From an uncultured Gemmatimonadales bacterium (GTDB lineage Bacteria; Gemmatimonadota; Gemmatimonadetes; Longimicrobiales; Longimicrobiaceae): a stretch of 64,000 nucleotides of DNA. Position 1 is the first letter of the stretch. Every line of letters begins with the position of its first letter. Location of the stretch: positions 4,800,001-4,864,000 of the forward strand of contig OY970303.1 of the NCBI GenBank assembly GCA_963716255.1, given 5' to 3'. Below are positions 39,096 to 49,596 of this stretch, piece after piece. The position numbers and the translations under genes are program-made. The notes beneath the pieces were generated by a model. That model searched no databases and had not been told where the DNA came from. It saw only the letters and a program-made list of their open reading frames with translations.

Positions 39096-39728
39096 ATGAG
39101 CGACGAGAGCAACCCGCTGGACGAGCTGACCCTGGTGGGAGGGCGGCTCTGCCTGGACTTCACCAACACCGTGGGCTCCCGCGGCGTGGTGAACGAGCGC
39201 GACCGCCTGAAGGGCTACCCGGAGCTGCTCTGGTGGGGGGTACGGGCGGAGGTGCTGACGGAGGACGCGCGGCGCGCGCTGATGGACCGCGCCGCGGAGC
39301 GCCCGGCGGAGGCGGAGGCGGTGTTCCGCCGCGCGGTGGGGTTCCGCGAGGCGGCCTGGCGCCTGTTCCGCGCGCTGGAGGAGGGCGAGGACCCCGCCGC
39401 CGCGGACCTTGCGACGGTGAACGGCGAGGTGGCGCGCGCGATGGGGCACGCGCGGCTGGAGCGGACCGCGGAGGGATTCGCGTGGGGGTGGGACGACGCG
39501 CCGGAGGCGGACCGCGTGCTGTGGCCGGTGGCGCGCTCCACGGCGGAGCTGCTGGCCTCGCCGGAGCTGGGGCGGGTGGGGCGCTGCGCGGCGGAGAGCT
39601 GCGGCTGGCTGTACCTGGACACGAGCAAGAACCGCAGCCGCCGCTGGTGCGACATGCGCGACTGCGGCAACCGCGCCAAGGTGCGCCGCCACTACCGGCG
39701 CCACCGCGCCGGCGAAGCCGACGGTTAA
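39096..39728 (+). CDS. CGNR zinc-finger / ABATE domain regulator
   Basis: GGRLCLDFTNT; C....CGWLYLDTSKNRSRRWCDM..CGNRAK. Confidence 0.95.
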   Translation: MSDESNPLDELTLVGGRLCLDFTNTVGSRGVVNERDRLKGYPELLWWGVRAEVLTEDARRALMDRAAERPAEAEAVFRRAVGFREAAWRLFRALEEGEDPAAADLATVNGEVARAMGHARLERTAEGFAWGWDDAPEADRVLWPVARSTAELLASPELGRVGRCAAESCGWLYLDTSKNRSRRWCDMRDCGNRAKVRRHYRRHRAGEADG

Positions 39729-39844
39729 CCCGTCGTGCGCCCGCTGCGCCGCCGATATGGGTAAAACTCCCGATGCCCGCCGCCGCCGCCGCCGCTAGCT
39801 TCCGGGCCGACCGCAGCGAGGCCGCGCGGGGGAACGGGGGAGCT

Positions 39845-39978
39845 GCGTGAGGGATTTCGGCCCGAAGGGGCGAGACCCGCGGGCAGTTTCGCGGGGCTCG
39901 ACTCCGTTAGGCAGCGTTGTTTGCTGCCTTACGGAGCCGAAGCCCGACCCCGGCGCAGCCGGGGGCACGCCCGGACCC
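39845..39978 (+). repeat. Family A repeat, copy 2
   Basis: Nearly identical to copy 6 (56124-56258). Confidence 0.9.
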
Positions 39979-40031
39979 GCAGTCCGGCCCGTTCCTCCTC
40001 CGCGAAAACCGCCCCACCCCCCGAAACGACC

Positions 40032-42137
40032 TTGACGGAAGCGGAAACCCCGGAGCTGCTGCGCGCCCTCGGCTGGCTGGACCGCCTGCTGGGGAGTGCC
40101 GTGGCCGCCATGCAGGCCGCGCACGGTCCGGAGCACGCCGCCGACCCGTACCGCGGTCTCTACGTGTCGCACCCGCAGGCGGGGGAGCTGGCCGCCCGCG
40201 AGCCGGGGGCGCCGCCGGTCTTCGCCGCGGGGATCCCGCTCGACCTGCCCGGCGCGGACGGCGCCTCGCGGCTGGCGATGCTCCGCGCGCGCGCCGGCTT
40301 CACGGAGCTGGACCTGGGGATCCTGCTGATGGCGCTGGCCCCGGAGCTGGACCTCAAGTACGAGCGCGTGTTCGCCTACCTGCAGGACGACGTGACCCGC
40401 AGGCGGCCCACCGTGGACCTGGCGCTGGGGCTGCTGGCCCCGGCGTGGGAGGACCGCCTGCGCGCCCGCGCCCGCCTGGCCCCTTCGGCCCCCCTGCTGC
40501 GCCACCGCCTGCTGCGCCTGACGGAGGACCCGGGCCACCGCGACCCGACGCTGCTCAGCCGCTACCTGAAGCCCGAGGACCGGGTGGTGGACTTCCTCCT
40601 GGGATCGGACGAGCCGGACCCGCGCCTGGCGCCGTACGCGCGCGCCGTGGAGCCGCGCGCGCGCCTGGACGACCTGCTGCTCCCGGACGCGCTGCGCGAG
40701 CGGTTGCGCGCCCTCGCGGGCGGCGGGGCGGACGCGGTGTTCTACCTGCAGGGGCCGTACGGGGTGGGGAAGCGCTCGGTGGCGGAGGCGGTGTGCGCGG
40801 AGGCGGGGCGGGGGGTGGTGGTCGTGGACGCGGCGCGCCTGGCGGGGCTGGACGCGGCGGCGTTCGACGAGCTGGCGGGCGTGGCGGCCCGCGAAGCGCT
40901 GCTGCGGGGGGCGGCGACGTGCTGGGACGGCTTCGACGCGCTGCTGGCGGACGAGCACAGCGCGCGGCGCGAACGGGTGCTGCGCGAGGCGCGCGGGGGG
41001 GGGATGGTGTTCCTGGCGGGCGAGGCGGGGTGGGACCCGGCGGACGACCTGGCGGGTGTCGCCTTTTACCGGGTGGCGCTGCCGCGGCCGGACCACGCGG
41101 GCCGGGTGAAGCTGTGGGCGGCGCAGCTGAACGGCGACGGCGCGGCGCCGGGGGTGGACGTGGCGGAGCTGGCGAACCGCTTCCGCTTCAGCGGCGGGCA
41201 GATCCGCGACGCGGCGGCGGGCGCGCGCAGCCTGGCCCGGCTGCGCGACCCGGAGCGCGGCCGCCTTTCCATGGAAGACCTGTTCGCGGCGTGCCGCACG
41301 CAGTCCAGCCCGCGGCTGTCGTCGCTGGCGCGCAAGATCGCCCCGCGCTACGGGTGGGACGACATCGTGCTGCCGCCGGACCGGCGCGAGCAGCTGCGCG
41401 AGATCGCCAACTCCATGAAGTACCGCTCGCGGGTGCTGGGGGAATGGGGCTTCGACCGCAAGCTGGCGATGGGCAAGGGGCTCAACGTGCTCTTTTCCGG
41501 GCCGCCGGGGACGGGAAAGACCATGGCGGCGGAGATCGTGGCGGGGGAGCTGGGGCTGGAACTGTTCCGCATCGACCTGTCGGGGGTGGTCAGCAAGTAC
41601 ATCGGCGAGACGGAAAAGAACCTGTCGCACATCTTCGCGGAGGCGGAGACCAGCAGCGCCATCCTCTTCTTCGACGAGGCGGACGCGCTCTTCGGGCGGC
41701 GCAGCGAGGTGCGCGACTCGCACGACCGCTACGCCAACCTGGAGGTGTCGTACCTGCTGCAGCGGATGGAGGAGTACGAGGGGGTGGTGGTGCTGGCCAC
41801 CAACTTCCGCAAGAACATGGACGACGCCTTCGTGCGGCGCATGCACTTCGCGGTGGACTTTCCCTTTCCCTCGGAGCGGGAGCGGCTGCGCATCTGGGAG
41901 GCGGTGTGGCCGGACGAGCTGCCGCGCGACCCGGGGATCGCGCTGGAGGCGGTGGCGCGCCGGCTGGAGATGGCGGGCGGCAACATCCGCAACGTGGCGC
42001 TGGCGGCGGCCTTCCTGGCGGCGGACGACGGCGGCGTGGTGACGGCGGAGCACCTGGTCCGCGCGGCGAGGCGGGAGTACCAGAAGATGGGCAAGGTGGT
42101 GTCGGACGCGGAGTTCGCGGGGCTGGCAAAGAGCTGA
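40032..42137 (+). CDS. eCIS AAA+ ATPase (Afp15/Pvc15-like); start uncertain
   Basis: APELDLKYERVFAYLQDD winged-helix N-domain; GPPGTGKT, VVSKYIGETEKNL, FFDEADALFG, DRYANLE. Confidence 0.9.
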   Translation: MTEAETPELLRALGWLDRLLGSAVAAMQAAHGPEHAADPYRGLYVSHPQAGELAAREPGAPPVFAAGIPLDLPGADGASRLAMLRARAGFTELDLGILLMALAPELDLKYERVFAYLQDDVTRRRPTVDLALGLLAPAWEDRLRARARLAPSAPLLRHRLLRLTEDPGHRDPTLLSRYLKPEDRVVDFLLGSDEPDPRLAPYARAVEPRARLDDLLLPDALRERLRALAGGGADAVFYLQGPYGVGKRSVAEAVCAEAGRGVVVVDAARLAGLDAAAFDELAGVAAREALLRGAATCWDGFDALLADEHSARRERVLREARGGGMVFLAGEAGWDPADDLAGVAFYRVALPRPDHAGRVKLWAAQLNGDGAAPGVDVAELANRFRFSGGQIRDAAAGARSLARLRDPERGRLSMEDLFAACRTQSSPRLSSLARKIAPRYGWDDIVLPPDRREQLREIANSMKYRSRVLGEWGFDRKLAMGKGLNVLFSGPPGTGKTMAAEIVAGELGLELFRIDLSGVVSKYIGETEKNLSHIFAEAETSSAILFFDEADALFGRRSEVRDSHDRYANLEVSYLLQRMEEYEGVVVLATNFRKNMDDAFVRRMHFAVDFPFPSERERLRIWEAVWPDELPRDPGIALEAVARRLEMAGGNIRNVALAAAFLAADDGGVVTAEHLVRAARREYQKMGKVVSDAEFAGLAKS

Positions 42138-42165
42138 CACGGGTGCCACGAGGGGGAGTCCCCGC

Positions 42166-45100
42166 ATGTCGAAAGAGACCACGGAAAAGCCGGCCGCGCG
42201 CGAGCCGTCCGCGGCCCGCGCGGCCCACGACGACGCCGGGCCGCGGACGGCGGGCCCCGCCGCCGGGGTGATGCGCATGCAGCGGGCGCTGGGGAACGCG
42301 GCGGTGCAGCGCATGCTGGCGCAGCGGGCCGCCGATGCGCCCGCGGGCGAGGTGCCCGCGGAGGTGGAGGACGGGATCCACGCGGCGCGCGGCGGGGGCG
42401 GCTCGCTGGACCCGGGGACGCGCGGGGCGATGGAGTCGGCGCTGGGCGCCGACTTCTCGGGGGTGCGGGTGCACACCGACGCGCGGGCGGACTCGCTGAG
42501 CCGCGCGCTGGGCGCGCGCGCCTTCACCACGGGGCGCGACGTTTTCTTCCGCCAGGGCGAGTTCAGCCCGGCCACGCCCGGCGGCCAGAAGCTGATCGCG
42601 CACGAGCTGACGCACGTGGTGCAGCAGGCGGCCACGCCGGTGCAGCGCCGCCTCACCCTGGGCGCCGAGGGCGACGCCTACGAGCAGGAGGCGGAATCGC
42701 TCGCCGAGCGGGTGGCCGCGGGCTCGGCGGGGGCGGTGGGGATGGGCGGCGGGGCGGGGGTGCAGCGCGCGCCGGCGGTCACGGCTCCCGCGGCGGCCCC
42801 CCCGGCGAAGGAGGCCGGGGCGGCCGCGGGCGATGCGAAGGCGGAGGACAAGAAGGAGCCGGAGAAGAAGGAGGAGGCGCCGCTGGACGCGGCGGCGCTG
42901 ACCAAGCGCATCGTGGACGCGGTCTCACCGGGGCTGACGGGGATGGACTTCAAGACCCGCTGGCCCACGCTGCGCCAGCAGGTCCGCAATCCGAAGACGG
43001 CCGGGGCCAAGCCGGTGGGGCTCCAGGCAAAGTTCCCGGACCTGTACTCCGCGCCGGTGGCGGAGGGGCTCAAGAAGCTGGCGCTCAAGGACCGGGAGGC
43101 GATCGCCGCGGACGCGGAGGCGCAGCTGGGCGCGTCGCTGCTCGCCGGGACCCAGGCGGCGGATCTGCGGACCGAGTACTCCACCACCCTCACCCGCAAC
43201 CTCCGCGAGAACATCGAGGGGGACTTCGCCGGCTACGTGGCCATGCGCCCGGCGCTCCTGGCGACCTTCGGGAGCGTCGCCAAGGCCAACGAGTACTTCG
43301 GCACGCTGGAAAAGGCCGAGTTCCCGTCCGCGGAAACGTCCGTCCGCGGGGCGCGGGGAACGCTGGTGCACCCCAGCCTCAAGGCGCGCCTGAAGAAGGC
43401 GGCGGACGTGCTGCGGACACGCAAGGTGCCCGGCACCGAGCAGAGCTGGATGGAGGTGGTGGAGGCCTCGCTGGGGGAGATCGGCGGCTTCAACCTCCGC
43501 GAGAACCGCAACAACCCCTCGCAGCTCAGCGACCACAGCTTCGGCTGGGCGTTCGACCTGGACACGGAGCTGAACCCCAACGTCAAGGCGCGCCTCTTCC
43601 CCGACACGCTGATGAAGGCGCTCACGGGGGAGGACGTGTACGGCGGCCCCGCGGCGACGGCGCTCCGCGCCGGCGGCACCGTGGACGAGCTCCTTCCGCA
43701 TGCGCGGAAGCTGCGCGGCGCCAGCGACGCCTTCAAGGGCGCGTTCGCCGGCGAGGCGGCGCTGAAGTCCGCCCTGCTCGCGCAGGTGGAGGCGAAGGGG
43801 CTCAAGCTGGACGACACGCAGGCGGCCGCGCTCTTCGCCCTGGTCGCCGCCACGGGGAAGCGCTCGGCGCGGGTCAAGTCCATCGCCGACTTCCTGTCCG
43901 CCGCCAAGCTGGGGCCGCCCAAGCCCGCCGCGGCCGTCCCGGCCGCGACGCCGGCCCCGGCGGGAGCCGCGCCCGCATCGCCCGCCGCCATCCCGGCCGC
44001 CGCCGCGCCCGCCGCCGCGGTTCCCGCGCCCGCGTCGCCGGTGGCGAAGGCCGCCGCCAAGGGAAAGGCGAAGGCGGCGGAAAAGCCGAAGGAGCCCACC
44101 CCGCCTCCGCCTCCCCCGCCGCCCGTGTGGGCGGAGGCGGCCGGGCTGGCGGAGCTGATCGTCTCGGCCTTCGAAGTGCTCGCGGGGTCCTCCAGCGGGG
44201 CGGGCAGGGTGCCGGCGTCCGCCATCGGAAGCGCGTCCACGGTGGCGGCGCACGGGTTCCTCAGCCTCCCCGCGGAGCTGATCGCGGCGCTCACCGGGAG
44301 CGACGGCGGCGGGCTGGAGTGGCTGGGCGCGGTGCGGGGCGGGCGGAGCAAGGACTTCATGCACTTCCAGCTCAAGCCCGCGGACCAGCCCGCGCTGCCC
44401 AAGGAGGCCGGCGCCGCCGGCGCGGCCCCCGTGGCCGAGGAGGAGGAGGAAGCCGCGGCTCCCGCCGCCGCGCCCGCGCCCGCGCCGGCGGCGCCCACGG
44501 TGCAGAAGTCGCCCGACCGGCGCGGCGCGCCGCCCACCCTCCAGCGCGCGGAAGCCGCCGCCGCGCCGGCCGCGGCGGCTCCGGCCCCGGCGCCGCTGGA
44601 CGTGGACGAGGAGGCGCTCCGCGGCGTGCGCGCCGTCACCGCCGAGATCGGCCCGGAGCGCCGGGCCAGCGAGCTGGGCGGGGCGGAGGGCGAGCTGAAG
44701 CGGCGGTGGGAGCAGCGGAAGAGGCAGCTGGAGGAGGTGATCCGCATCTACCAGGGGCGCCCCAGGGCCGCGCTCGCCGAGGCCGACCTGGCCAGGACGC
44801 AGGAACAGGTGGAGGCGACCCCGGACGCGAGCATCCCCCCCGATTTCCGCAGGCAGATCCTGGAGGCGCTCCGCAAGGTGAGGCGTGCCGAGGGCCGGGT
44901 CGCGGAGGCGGAGACGCGGTGGACCGAGTACGACGAGGTGTTCGCCAGCCGCGAGGTGGTGGACATCCTCGCGGGGACGGGCCTCACCCCCGCCGACCTC
45001 AAGGCGATCAGCGCCACCGAGAGCGGCGACCTGCTCAGGAGCGGGAAGAACCCCAGGGGGACGGCCACCGGGATCCTCCAGGTCACCGACTCGACCGTGG

Positions 45101-45573
45101 AGGACCTGAAGGGGAACGTCAGGCAGGACAAGGCGGACCGCAACGACCCGGCGCGGGCGATCCCGCTGGGGGCGCGCGTGCTGGTGCGCAAGGCGGAGGC
45201 GCTGGCGACCGCGCTCAGCCCCATGCCCACCGGCGAGCAGCTGCGCTACTTCCTGTTCGCGTCCTACAACGCGGGGCAGGGGACGCTCCAGGCGGCGCAG
45301 GCCGCGGCGCGGGCCATGAGCCGCGACCCGGCCTCGTGGGCGGAGCTGTGCCGCCCGGGGGAGGGAGCCACGGACGTGGAGCGCATCGAGAGCTCCCCGC
45401 TGGGAAGGGCGATCAACGCCAAGCTGGTCGCGAAGCCGAAGGCCGGGGCAAAGGCCGAGGACGTGGCGAAGTACGAGGACGCGCTCAGGGAAAAGTACCG
45501 GGAGATCAGCACCTACCCCGGCAAGGTGCTCCGCCGCCTGGCGCGGCCCCCCGCGGCGGAAGCGGCGCCGTGA
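42166..45573 (+). CDS. DUF4157 (eCIS core) effector candidate with M15-like peptidase and lytic-transglycosylase-like domains
   Basis: DFSGVRVH..ARAFTTG..LIAHELTHVVQQ; SDHSFGWAFD...DFMHFQ; ATESG..GILQV..SYNAG. Confidence 0.85.
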   Translation: MSKETTEKPAAREPSAARAAHDDAGPRTAGPAAGVMRMQRALGNAAVQRMLAQRAADAPAGEVPAEVEDGIHAARGGGGSLDPGTRGAMESALGADFSGVRVHTDARADSLSRALGARAFTTGRDVFFRQGEFSPATPGGQKLIAHELTHVVQQAATPVQRRLTLGAEGDAYEQEAESLAERVAAGSAGAVGMGGGAGVQRAPAVTAPAAAPPAKEAGAAAGDAKAEDKKEPEKKEEAPLDAAALTKRIVDAVSPGLTGMDFKTRWPTLRQQVRNPKTAGAKPVGLQAKFPDLYSAPVAEGLKKLALKDREAIAADAEAQLGASLLAGTQAADLRTEYSTTLTRNLRENIEGDFAGYVAMRPALLATFGSVAKANEYFGTLEKAEFPSAETSVRGARGTLVHPSLKARLKKAADVLRTRKVPGTEQSWMEVVEASLGEIGGFNLRENRNNPSQLSDHSFGWAFDLDTELNPNVKARLFPDTLMKALTGEDVYGGPAATALRAGGTVDELLPHARKLRGASDAFKGAFAGEAALKSALLAQVEAKGLKLDDTQAAALFALVAATGKRSARVKSIADFLSAAKLGPPKPAAAVPAATPAPAGAAPASPAAIPAAAAPAAAVPAPASPVAKAAAKGKAKAAEKPKEPTPPPPPPPPVWAEAAGLAELIVSAFEVLAGSSSGAGRVPASAIGSASTVAAHGFLSLPAELIAALTGSDGGGLEWLGAVRGGRSKDFMHFQLKPADQPALPKEAGAAGAAPVAEEEEEAAAPAAAPAPAPAAPTVQKSPDRRGAPPTLQRAEAAAAPAAAAPAPAPLDVDEEALRGVRAVTAEIGPERRASELGGAEGELKRRWEQRKRQLEEVIRIYQGRPRAALAEADLARTQEQVEATPDASIPPDFRRQILEALRKVRRAEGRVAEAETRWTEYDEVFASREVVDILAGTGLTPADLKAISATESGDLLRSGKNPRGTATGILQVTDSTVEDLKGNVRQDKADRNDPARAIPLGARVLVRKAEALATALSPMPTGEQLRYFLFASYNAGQGTLQAAQAAARAMSRDPASWAELCRPGEGATDVERIESSPLGRAINAKLVAKPKAGAKAEDVAKYEDALREKYREISTYPGKVLRRLARPPAAEAAP

Positions 45574-48296
45574 GCGCGTTCGCGTCCGCCCCGCCCGAGG
45601 CGGAGCGCCGCGCCGAGCCGGTCCGCCAGCGTCCCCGCGCGCCCCGGGAGCCCGACGCGGTCTCCGCCGGCCCCGCGCTCGCCCCCGGCGACCTGCGCCT
45701 GGCCCGCGGCGCGCCCCCGCCCCCGGGCGGCGCCGGGGCCGCCTCCGTGCTGCGCCTGCAGCGCGCCCTGGGGAACGCCCGCGTGCAGCGGGCGCTCGCC
45801 GGGCCGGACGCCGCCGCCGCCGCCGCTCCCGAGGCGTACGACCTCGCCCTGGGCGTTCCCGGGCGCGAGCCCGAGCGCCTCGCGGGCGCCTCGCGCGAGG
45901 ACGCGCTGGCCGCGCTGCGCCGCTTCCGCGGGCAGGTGCACGCGCTGGTGGAGGGCGGGCGCGAGGGGCACCGCTACATGCGCGCGCTGCGCGAGGACCA
46001 GTACGTGGTCGGCTTCGTGTCCGACGTCCTGGGCGGCGCTTCCCTGCCGGGAATGGAGATCTGGCAGGACCCGCTCTCCGCCCTGGCGCTCGCCGACGGG
46101 GCGCTCGCCGAGGGCGACGTGGCGGCCGGCGTGCGCCAGCTGCAGCGCGCCGCCGCCGGGTGGCGCGCCGCGCAGGACCGGGTCACGGAGTACACCGAGG
46201 GGACGATCTCCGGGGCCGGGCGCGCCGAGGTGGTGCTGGAGGTGACGGCGGTGGTGGGCGGGGTGGCCGCGTCGCTGGTCACCGGCGGCGCCGTCAGCGG
46301 CCTGCTGCTGGGCACGGCGTACGCCGCGACGCAGACGGTGGCCCGCCAGGGGAGCGAGCTGTCGCTGGGGATGCGCGACCGCATCGACTGGGCGGGAGTC
46401 ACCTTCGATGCGCTGTTCTCGCTGGTCACCTCCAGGATGGGCGGCAGGCTGGGCGAGGGGATCCTCAAGCGGCTCCTCGCCCGGCCGGAGGTGGCCTCGC
46501 TGGGGCGCCGGGTGGTCGCCGAGTCGGTGAGCGAGCTGCTCTCGGGGCAGGCGATCGCCTCGCTGCACATGGCGGCGCGCACCGTGTTCGACAACCTGCG
46601 CGGGGCGGGCGCGCCGGTCACGGTGGGGCAGTTCCTGGAGCAGCTGGGCGCCCACCTCACCGACCCGAAGAGCATGTTCACGGACCTGCTCCTGGGGCAC
46701 GTGCAGCGCAGGCTGGCCGTGCGCGCCGAGGCCAGCCGCGCCGCCCGCGGCGGGCGGTCCACGCCGCCGCCGCCGGAGATGGAGGCCGCCCCGCCCCGCG
46801 CGCCCGACGCGGACGGGCCGGAGGCCGCGTCGCGCACCATGGCGGGGAGCGAGCCGGCGCCGCGCCCCGCGCGGAGCGGCGGGGGCGACGGGGCCGAGCC
46901 GCTGCACGAGATGATGGCGCGCGAGGGGATCCGCCCCGACCTGGCGGAGCCCGGCGCCGGCCCGGGCCTGCGCCCGCACACCGACTACGCGCGCGGCGTG
47001 CGCGACCCGGCCGAGGCGTACGCGCTGTACAACCGCGCGCTCGGCGAGGCAGGCGCGCAGGAGGTGGCCATCTTCCGCAGCGAGCGCGACGGCACGTACG
47101 TGGTGCGCGTGGGCGACCACGGCTCGGTGCGCGCCCCCGCGGGCGAGGGGTGGACCGCCGTGGTCCACTTCCACCCCAACCGCACCGCCGCCGAGCGCTT
47201 CTTCCTCCCCGCGCCCGCCGACTTCCAGGACGTGGCCGCCCGCCGCGGCGACGGCGGCCGCACGGTGCGCGAGTTCGTCGAGTTCCACGTCCCCGGCGCG
47301 GGGCGGGGGCGGGCCGAGTACGGCGCCGACCCCTCCGGCGACCGGCCCTTCTACGTCACCACCCACCACCCGGACGGGACCACCCACACCGCCCGCTTCC
47401 GCAACGTGGACGAGTTCCGCGGCTACTGGGAAAGCCACCACGTGGCCGCGGCGCCGGGATCGGAGCTGCACGCCGCGCTGACGGCGGACGTGGACGCGTA
47501 CCTGGCCGGGCGCCGCCGGGAGCCCGCGGACGGGGAGCGGACCATGGCCGGCTCGGGCGGGACCCGGCGCCCGGACTACGGCGAGGTGGAGCTGGAGCCC
47601 GACACCGGCCCGTCGCTGGACGTGGACCACGGTCCGCGGCCCACGCGCGAGGTGCAGCACCGGGAAATCGACCCCGGCGGGCCCATCCCCAAGCTCCCCA
47701 GGAGCCGCAGGAAGACGAAGCCCACCTTCGGCGACCCCACGGGGGAGGTGGTCGGCACGGGGCAGGGAAAGGGGATGCACCACCGGCTCCTGGATCCCGC
47801 CGAGGTCGCCTACGGCGTCCGCATCCGGTACGACCAGGGGGCGGGCCGCCCCATCAGCGTCGGCTTCCGCATCGACGCCGACGTGGCCGCGCGCTCCGTC
47901 CAGTCGAGCCGCGGCTTCGCGAAGAACGAGTCGGTGGAGGCGGCGCAGCCCAGCGACGGGGGGTTCACCCATTCCGGGTACGAGCGCGGCCACCTGGTGC
48001 AGCGGGAGGCCGTCCGCGGCGACGCCGACATCGAGCGGGCGGCGGACCAGTGGACGGGGGTGGTCCCCATGACCGAGGCGCTGAACCGGGGGCCGGGCTC
48101 CCCCTGGCGGGCCTCGGAGGACCGTGCCATCCGCTGGGCCGCCGCGCACGGCCACGTCACCGTGCACGTGGAGCCCATCTACGACGCGACGCCGCCCAGG
48201 CTCGGCGACCAGACCCCCATCCCCAGCGCCATCCGCCGCGTCATCATGGCGCCCGACGGCACCGTGCTGGAGGATATCACGCACCCGAACCGCTGA
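45570..48296 (+). CDS. eCIS effector candidate: hydrophobic region, JAB-like domain and C-terminal NucA-type DNA/RNA non-specific endonuclease
   Basis: GTGA overlap; LQRALGNARVQR; EVAIF..HFHP..PAPADF; GYERGHLV..VPMTEALNRG..W..E. Confidence 0.8.
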   Translation: MSAFASAPPEAERRAEPVRQRPRAPREPDAVSAGPALAPGDLRLARGAPPPPGGAGAASVLRLQRALGNARVQRALAGPDAAAAAAPEAYDLALGVPGREPERLAGASREDALAALRRFRGQVHALVEGGREGHRYMRALREDQYVVGFVSDVLGGASLPGMEIWQDPLSALALADGALAEGDVAAGVRQLQRAAAGWRAAQDRVTEYTEGTISGAGRAEVVLEVTAVVGGVAASLVTGGAVSGLLLGTAYAATQTVARQGSELSLGMRDRIDWAGVTFDALFSLVTSRMGGRLGEGILKRLLARPEVASLGRRVVAESVSELLSGQAIASLHMAARTVFDNLRGAGAPVTVGQFLEQLGAHLTDPKSMFTDLLLGHVQRRLAVRAEASRAARGGRSTPPPPEMEAAPPRAPDADGPEAASRTMAGSEPAPRPARSGGGDGAEPLHEMMAREGIRPDLAEPGAGPGLRPHTDYARGVRDPAEAYALYNRALGEAGAQEVAIFRSERDGTYVVRVGDHGSVRAPAGEGWTAVVHFHPNRTAAERFFLPAPADFQDVAARRGDGGRTVREFVEFHVPGAGRGRAEYGADPSGDRPFYVTTHHPDGTTHTARFRNVDEFRGYWESHHVAAAPGSELHAALTADVDAYLAGRRREPADGERTMAGSGGTRRPDYGEVELEPDTGPSLDVDHGPRPTREVQHREIDPGGPIPKLPRSRRKTKPTFGDPTGEVVGTGQGKGMHHRLLDPAEVAYGVRIRYDQGAGRPISVGFRIDADVAARSVQSSRGFAKNESVEAAQPSDGGFTHSGYERGHLVQREAVRGDADIERAADQWTGVVPMTEALNRGPGSPWRASEDRAIRWAAAHGHVTVHVEPIYDATPPRLGDQTPIPSAIRRVIMAPDGTVLEDITHPNR

Positions 48297-48324
48297 TCCG
48301 GCAACAGCAACGGCTTTGAACGGC

Positions 48325-48877
48325 GGGTTCGGGCGTGCCCCCGGCTGGCGCCGGGGTCGGGCTGCGCGCTGCGTAGGGAACGATACCACCGTTCCCAACG
48401 CAGCCGAGCCCCGCCGAAACTGCCCGGCGGGTCTCGGCCCTGCCGGGCGCGCATCCCTCACGCGACGGGCCCCCACCCGGCGGCCTGAGAGCCGCCACCC
48501 TCCCCCGTTCCGGGGGAGGGGAATCTCCACGCTGCGGTTCTCGCCATCACCGTGTCGTGCTCCCCCTTTCCCCCGCTCGCGGGGGAGAGGGGGCCGGGGG
48601 GTGAGGGGGCTCCGCCGCCGCCGCTCCGATGCCGAGGTCCCCGGACAACCCTCCCCCAGAATTGGGGGATATAGGGGGAAAGCCGTGCGAGCCTAAGCGA
48701 GCCGGGTGGGGCCCCCGCGGACGCCAGCACCATCCCCGCGTGAGGGATTCCGGCCCGAAGGGGCGAGACCCGGCGGGGCTGTTTCCGCCGGGGCTCGACT
48801 CCGTTGGGCTGCGTTGTTTGCAGCCCTACGGAGCCGAAGCCCGACCCCGGCGCCCCGCCGGGGGCACGCCCGAACCC
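48325..48877. repeat. Mosaic repeat cluster: family A(-) 48325-48464, family B ~48562-48609, family C ~48647-48714, family A(+) 48737-48877
   Basis: Direct matches to the other copies in the window. Confidence 0.85.
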
Positions 48878-49000
48878 TGCCGTTCCCCTCCCGCCGCTGG
48901 ACCCCAGGAAAAATTAGGTAAAACGCCCCATGTGGCCGCCCGCCCGACTCCGTAGACTTGGCGCCACCAGAGGGAACGGAACGGCCACCGGGCGCCAGGG

Positions 49001-49596
49001 ATGATCCACGACCTCGACCGCAGCATCGAAGAGCTCCTCCGGCTGGAGCTGCCCCGGGAGCTGGTGGACCAGGTGACCATCACCTTCGCCACCCCCAACC
49101 ACGAGTTCCCCCTCCCTCGGTGGCCCCGCCCGCGGTGGACCTGTTCCTGTACGACGTGCGGGAGAACCGGGAGCTGCGCAGCAACGAGCCGCGCCTGGAA
49201 CGCCAGCCGGACGGCACCGCCGTGCGCCGCGCCGCCCCCGTTCGCGTGGACTGCTCGTACCTGGTGACCGCGTGGGCGAGCGAGAGCTCCAGCACCGCGT
49301 CGCTGGACGAGCACCGGCTGCTGGGCGAGGTGATGCGCGTGCTGCTGCGCCACCGCACCCTCCCCGAGGCGGTGCTCCAGGGCGCCATGCGCGACCAGGA
49401 CCTGCCGCTCCCCACCTCGTCGCTCCAGCCGGGGCACCTCCAGAACCTGGGGGAGTTCTGGCAGGCGCTGGGCGGACGGCCGCGGGCCGCGCTCAACTAC
49501 ACCGTCACCCTGGCGCTCCAGCTCCAGCCGGAGGAGCCGCTGGGGCCGGTGGTGACGGAGCGGGTGGTCCGCATCCGCCAGGAGACGCCGCGGTGA
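49001..49596 (+). pseudogene. DUF4255 / Afp16-Pvc16 tail terminator-cap protein, frameshifted at a C5 run (49108-49112)
   Basis: MIHDLDRSIEELL..ITFATP in one frame; VDLFLYDVREN..YLVTAW..EHRLLG..FWQALG in the -1 frame. Confidence 0.8.

Noticed and set aside
44127..45569. Upstream part of the 1389-aa track ORF
   Set aside because: It overlaps the DUF4157 gene out of frame; the real start is GTG 45570 with a GTGA overlap.
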